DNA of 64,000 bases from Felis catus (taxonomy: Eukaryota): positions 220,846,001-220,910,000 of the forward strand of contig NC_058368.1 in the NCBI RefSeq assembly GCF_018350175.1. The letters run 5' to 3'. Positions 60,865 through 64,000 of the stretch are shown here, piece after piece; position 1 is the first letter of the stretch; each line of letters opens with the position of its first letter. Under the pieces are notes generated by a model, which saw only the letters and a list, made by a program, of their open reading frames with translations, had not been told where the DNA came from and searched no databases. The position numbers were made by a program, and so were the translations under genes.

Positions 60865-62790
60865 TATTAATTACTGACAAAGTAGATTTTGAAATGAGTA
60901 AGATTGTCAGAGATAAAGAAAGGCATTACATAATGACAAAGGAGTAACTATCCAGGAAGAAATAATAGTAATATATGTACATTTCACAAGAGACTGTCAA
61001 AATACACGAGGTACAAACTGACAGATGTGAAAGGAGAAGTAGAGTAATATGTAATAGTCATTAGAATATTCATTACTACTCTGTTAGAAATTGATAAATC
61101 AATAAACAAGAAAATCAATAAGGATACAAATGTCTAACTCCGTTAATTAACTTGATCTAATTTAAATGTTTAAAATACTCCATCCAACTCAAGAAAACAC
61201 ATTCTGAGCCATACACCTTAACAAATTTAAAATAATAAATACCATTCAAAGTATGTTTTCAAACTATATTTGAATTGAACTAGAAGTTAGTGAAAGAAAA
61301 ATAACTGGAAAATCCCCAAATATCTGTAAATTGAGCAAGGTATTTAAAATAGCTCATGGAGAGGTGGCTGGCTGGCTCAGTTGGTTAAGCATATGACTCT
61401 TGGCTTAGGTCATGATCTCTCAGTTCATGGGTTCGAGCCTTGCTTGGGTTTTACCTGGAATTCTCTGTCTCTTCTCTCTCTTCCCCTCCCCCCATTGGCA
61501 CATGTGTGTGCACACTTATGCTCTCTCTCAAAATAAATAAATAAACATAAAAAATAAATAAAGATACCTCATGGATAAAAGATGTCCCAAGAGAAATTAA
61601 ATAATATTTATGAATAAATGAAAACACAACTTTTCAAAATTTGTGGGTGGTGTCGTCAGATGCCTGTATTAGAAAAAAAATGAAAGATCTAAAATATCCA
61701 ACTTTAGGAAACTAGAGAAAGAAAACTAAATTAACCCTAAAGCTAGAAGAAGAAAAGAAATAACAAAAATTAGGGGAGAAAGCAACAAAATTGAAAATAG
61801 GAACACAAAGAAAAAAACCGAATTGACTATTCAAATGATCAATAAAATTAATAGAATGCTAACAGGATAACCAGGAAAAAGGTGAGGGAGAGAGATTACT
61901 GATGTCAGTAAAGGGGGATTATTAATATGGACTCCCTGGACATTAAGATGATAATAAAAGAATGCTATGAGTAAATATATGGTCACACATTTGATAACTT
62001 AAATGATCAACTCATGAAATATACAACCTACTCAAATTTACACAAGGAAAATAGATAATATGAATAGCTCTATATCTATTAAATAAATACACAATTAAAA
62101 ACTTACAAATAAAGTACCTGACACAGAGGGTTTCAACGGTGAATTTTATGAAACACTTAAAGTGTAAATAATATCTATCTTCAACAGTTGTTTGTCAGAA
62201 AATAGAAGCAGATGGAATACTTCAAACTCATTCTGTGATGTCAGCATTATTTAATACAAATTCAGATAAAAAACTATAAAAAAGAAAATTACAGACTATA
62301 TCTCATGAACATAGATACAAAATCTTCAAAAAATTTTGCAGATCAAATCAACAATATTAGAAGAATTAGCCATCATGACTAAATGCCACTAAATTCAGGA
62401 ATGAGAAGCTACTTTAATATTAGAAAATCAATCCATGAAATTCTACCTAACAAGAAAAGTTAAAAAGCTATATGATCATAAATACTGATGCCAAAAAATA
62501 TTTGACAAAATCTGACACCCATTCATGATAGGAACTCTCCACAAACCAAGAATAGAGAAGACGTCCTAAATTTAGCAAAACATGTGGCAGCACATTTAAT
62601 GGTAAGAGAATGGATTCTGTCCCCTAAGATCAAGAACAAGTCAGGCATATCCTCTCCCTACACCTATTCAACATTGTACTGGATGTATGAGCTGATGCAG
62701 AACAGCAAGAGGAATAATAAATTATACAGATTGAAAGGAAGTGATAAAACAGTCTTCATCCCCAGAAAACATGATCGTTATGTCTTTATG
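60865..62790 (+). mobile_element. ancient L1M ORF2 fragment (endonuclease to RT)
   Basis: GACAAAGTAGATTTT...AGAGATAAAGAAAGGCATTACATAATGA; GAAAATTACAGACTATATCTCATGAACATAGAT; TTTGACAAAATCTGACACCCATTCATGATA. Confidence 0.85.
61361..61560 (+). mobile_element. CanSINE (older) in L1
   Basis: GGCTGGCTCAGTTGGTTAAGC head; TSD ATA(G/C)CTCATGGA. Confidence 0.88.
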
Positions 62791-62937
62791 TTATGATTGC
62801 CCAAGTGGTTCATTTATATGTGAACTTCCACTTTTCCTATATTTGCTTCCATTTATTTATTTAAATGGTATCAATAGATGTTGCCAATAGAAAGATAATT
62901 TGTGACATTTGGAGAATATAGGGTATATTATATATAT

Positions 62938-62976
62938 TATTTATATACCCTATATATAATATAGGGTATATAAATA
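62938..62976. repeat. perfect inverted repeat, 18-bp arms, 3-nt loop
   Basis: TATTTATATACCCTATAT-ATA-ATATAGGGTATATAAATA. Confidence 0.9.
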
Positions 62977-63745
62977 TATAAAAATATTTAATATAATTGA
63001 CTAGATTATTCCAAAAACTTCTTTTGATCAATGAGTACATTTGTCAAATGATTTCTCACGCAGTAGCATTTCCCCCCCTCCGTCTTACCCCAAGAATAGT
63101 GCATGGTGCTATAGGAGGCAGCTTGATAATGGAAGAAACGTTCTGTTATGTGGTGGTTGCACAGAGTGATTTTGGTATCCTAAAGCAATGCATTAGCAAT
63201 ATTTAGGCAGAAGTTGTATACAAAGTATGACGTAGAGTTTTTAAAACAACTCTTTGATCCTGTCAAAACTTGAATAGAACTACCACTCTTCTCCAAAACA
63301 AAGACTGGAGGCAGACATTTATTACACTTAATTAGATAATGTGCGGAAAGCTATGAACACAAGATTGGGTCTATATTTAGCTTCCATTTCTTCCTCTAGT
63401 TTAGGATTTCTCAACAGTTTCTGCAAATGTAATCTTAGGGGTATAATTTCTTTCTTTCATTTTTTTCCTATTTTTTAAATTATGTTGCTCTAAATATGTT
63501 GGGAATTTAGGGATCAATGAATAACTCTGCCATTTACTATACCTAAATACTGAATAATTAAAAACAACACAGAAGGCCATCAGGTATCAGTCAACAATAG
63601 TGACTGTTGGATGGCAAGACCTTTCAAGCATTTGATGTTTAGTAGATCCTTTAAATTTTATGAAAACTGCAGGAAGAATGTCACAGTGTTCTTTTCATTT
63701 TAGATTTTAGGAAACTGAGAAGGAATGTGCTTAAGAAACTTGTCT

Positions 63746-63907
63746 GGGGAGCCTGGGTGGCTCAGTTGGTTAAGCCTCTGACTTCGGCTCAGTCCTTATC
63801 TCACAGTCTGTGGGTTCGAGCTCTGCGTCGGGCTCTGTGCTGACAGTTCAGAGCATGGAGCCTGCTTCAGATTCTGTGTCTTCCTCTCTCTCTGTCTCTC
63901 CCCTGTG

Positions 63908-63961
<54 letters not shown>

Positions 63962-63995
63962 AATGTATAAACTTCAAAAATATTTTTTTTTTAAA
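63746..63995 (+). mobile_element. SINEC_Fc-like with expanded (CT)n
   Basis: GGGGAGCCTGGGTGGCTCAG head, long CT run, tail at the window edge. Confidence 0.93.
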
Positions 63996-64000
63996 AGAAA

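Overview
This is AT-rich, repeat-dense mammalian DNA from a carnivore, almost certainly a felid: it carries about 32 tRNA-derived CanSINE/SINEC copies, many of the cat-type SINEC_Fc form. It reads as intronic or intergenic sequence. It contains no intact protein-coding ORF, CRISPR array or prokaryotic system, and the ORF-track entries are remnants of L1, Tigger1 and SINEs or chance ORFs. The main contents are a ~6 kb internally deleted carnivore L1 (13043-19046), a near full-length Tigger1 DNA transposon (22584-24963), several 5'-truncated or ancient L1 pieces, MLT1/MLT2 LTRs, L2 and MIR relics, and many microsatellites. The most unusual feature is a small retrocopy of the 3' end of tRNA-Lys(UUU) with a poly(A) tail and target-site duplication (TSD) at 35227-35296. 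Its only two mismatches to the recalled tRNA fall at modified T-loop positions 54 and 58. Also notable are a candidate 59-nt minus-strand exon (1090-1148), nested or rearranged insertions, a ~155-bp minisatellite and an 18-bp-arm palindrome. Family and subfamily names come from recalled consensus sequences, not a database search, and boundaries of old repeats are approximate.
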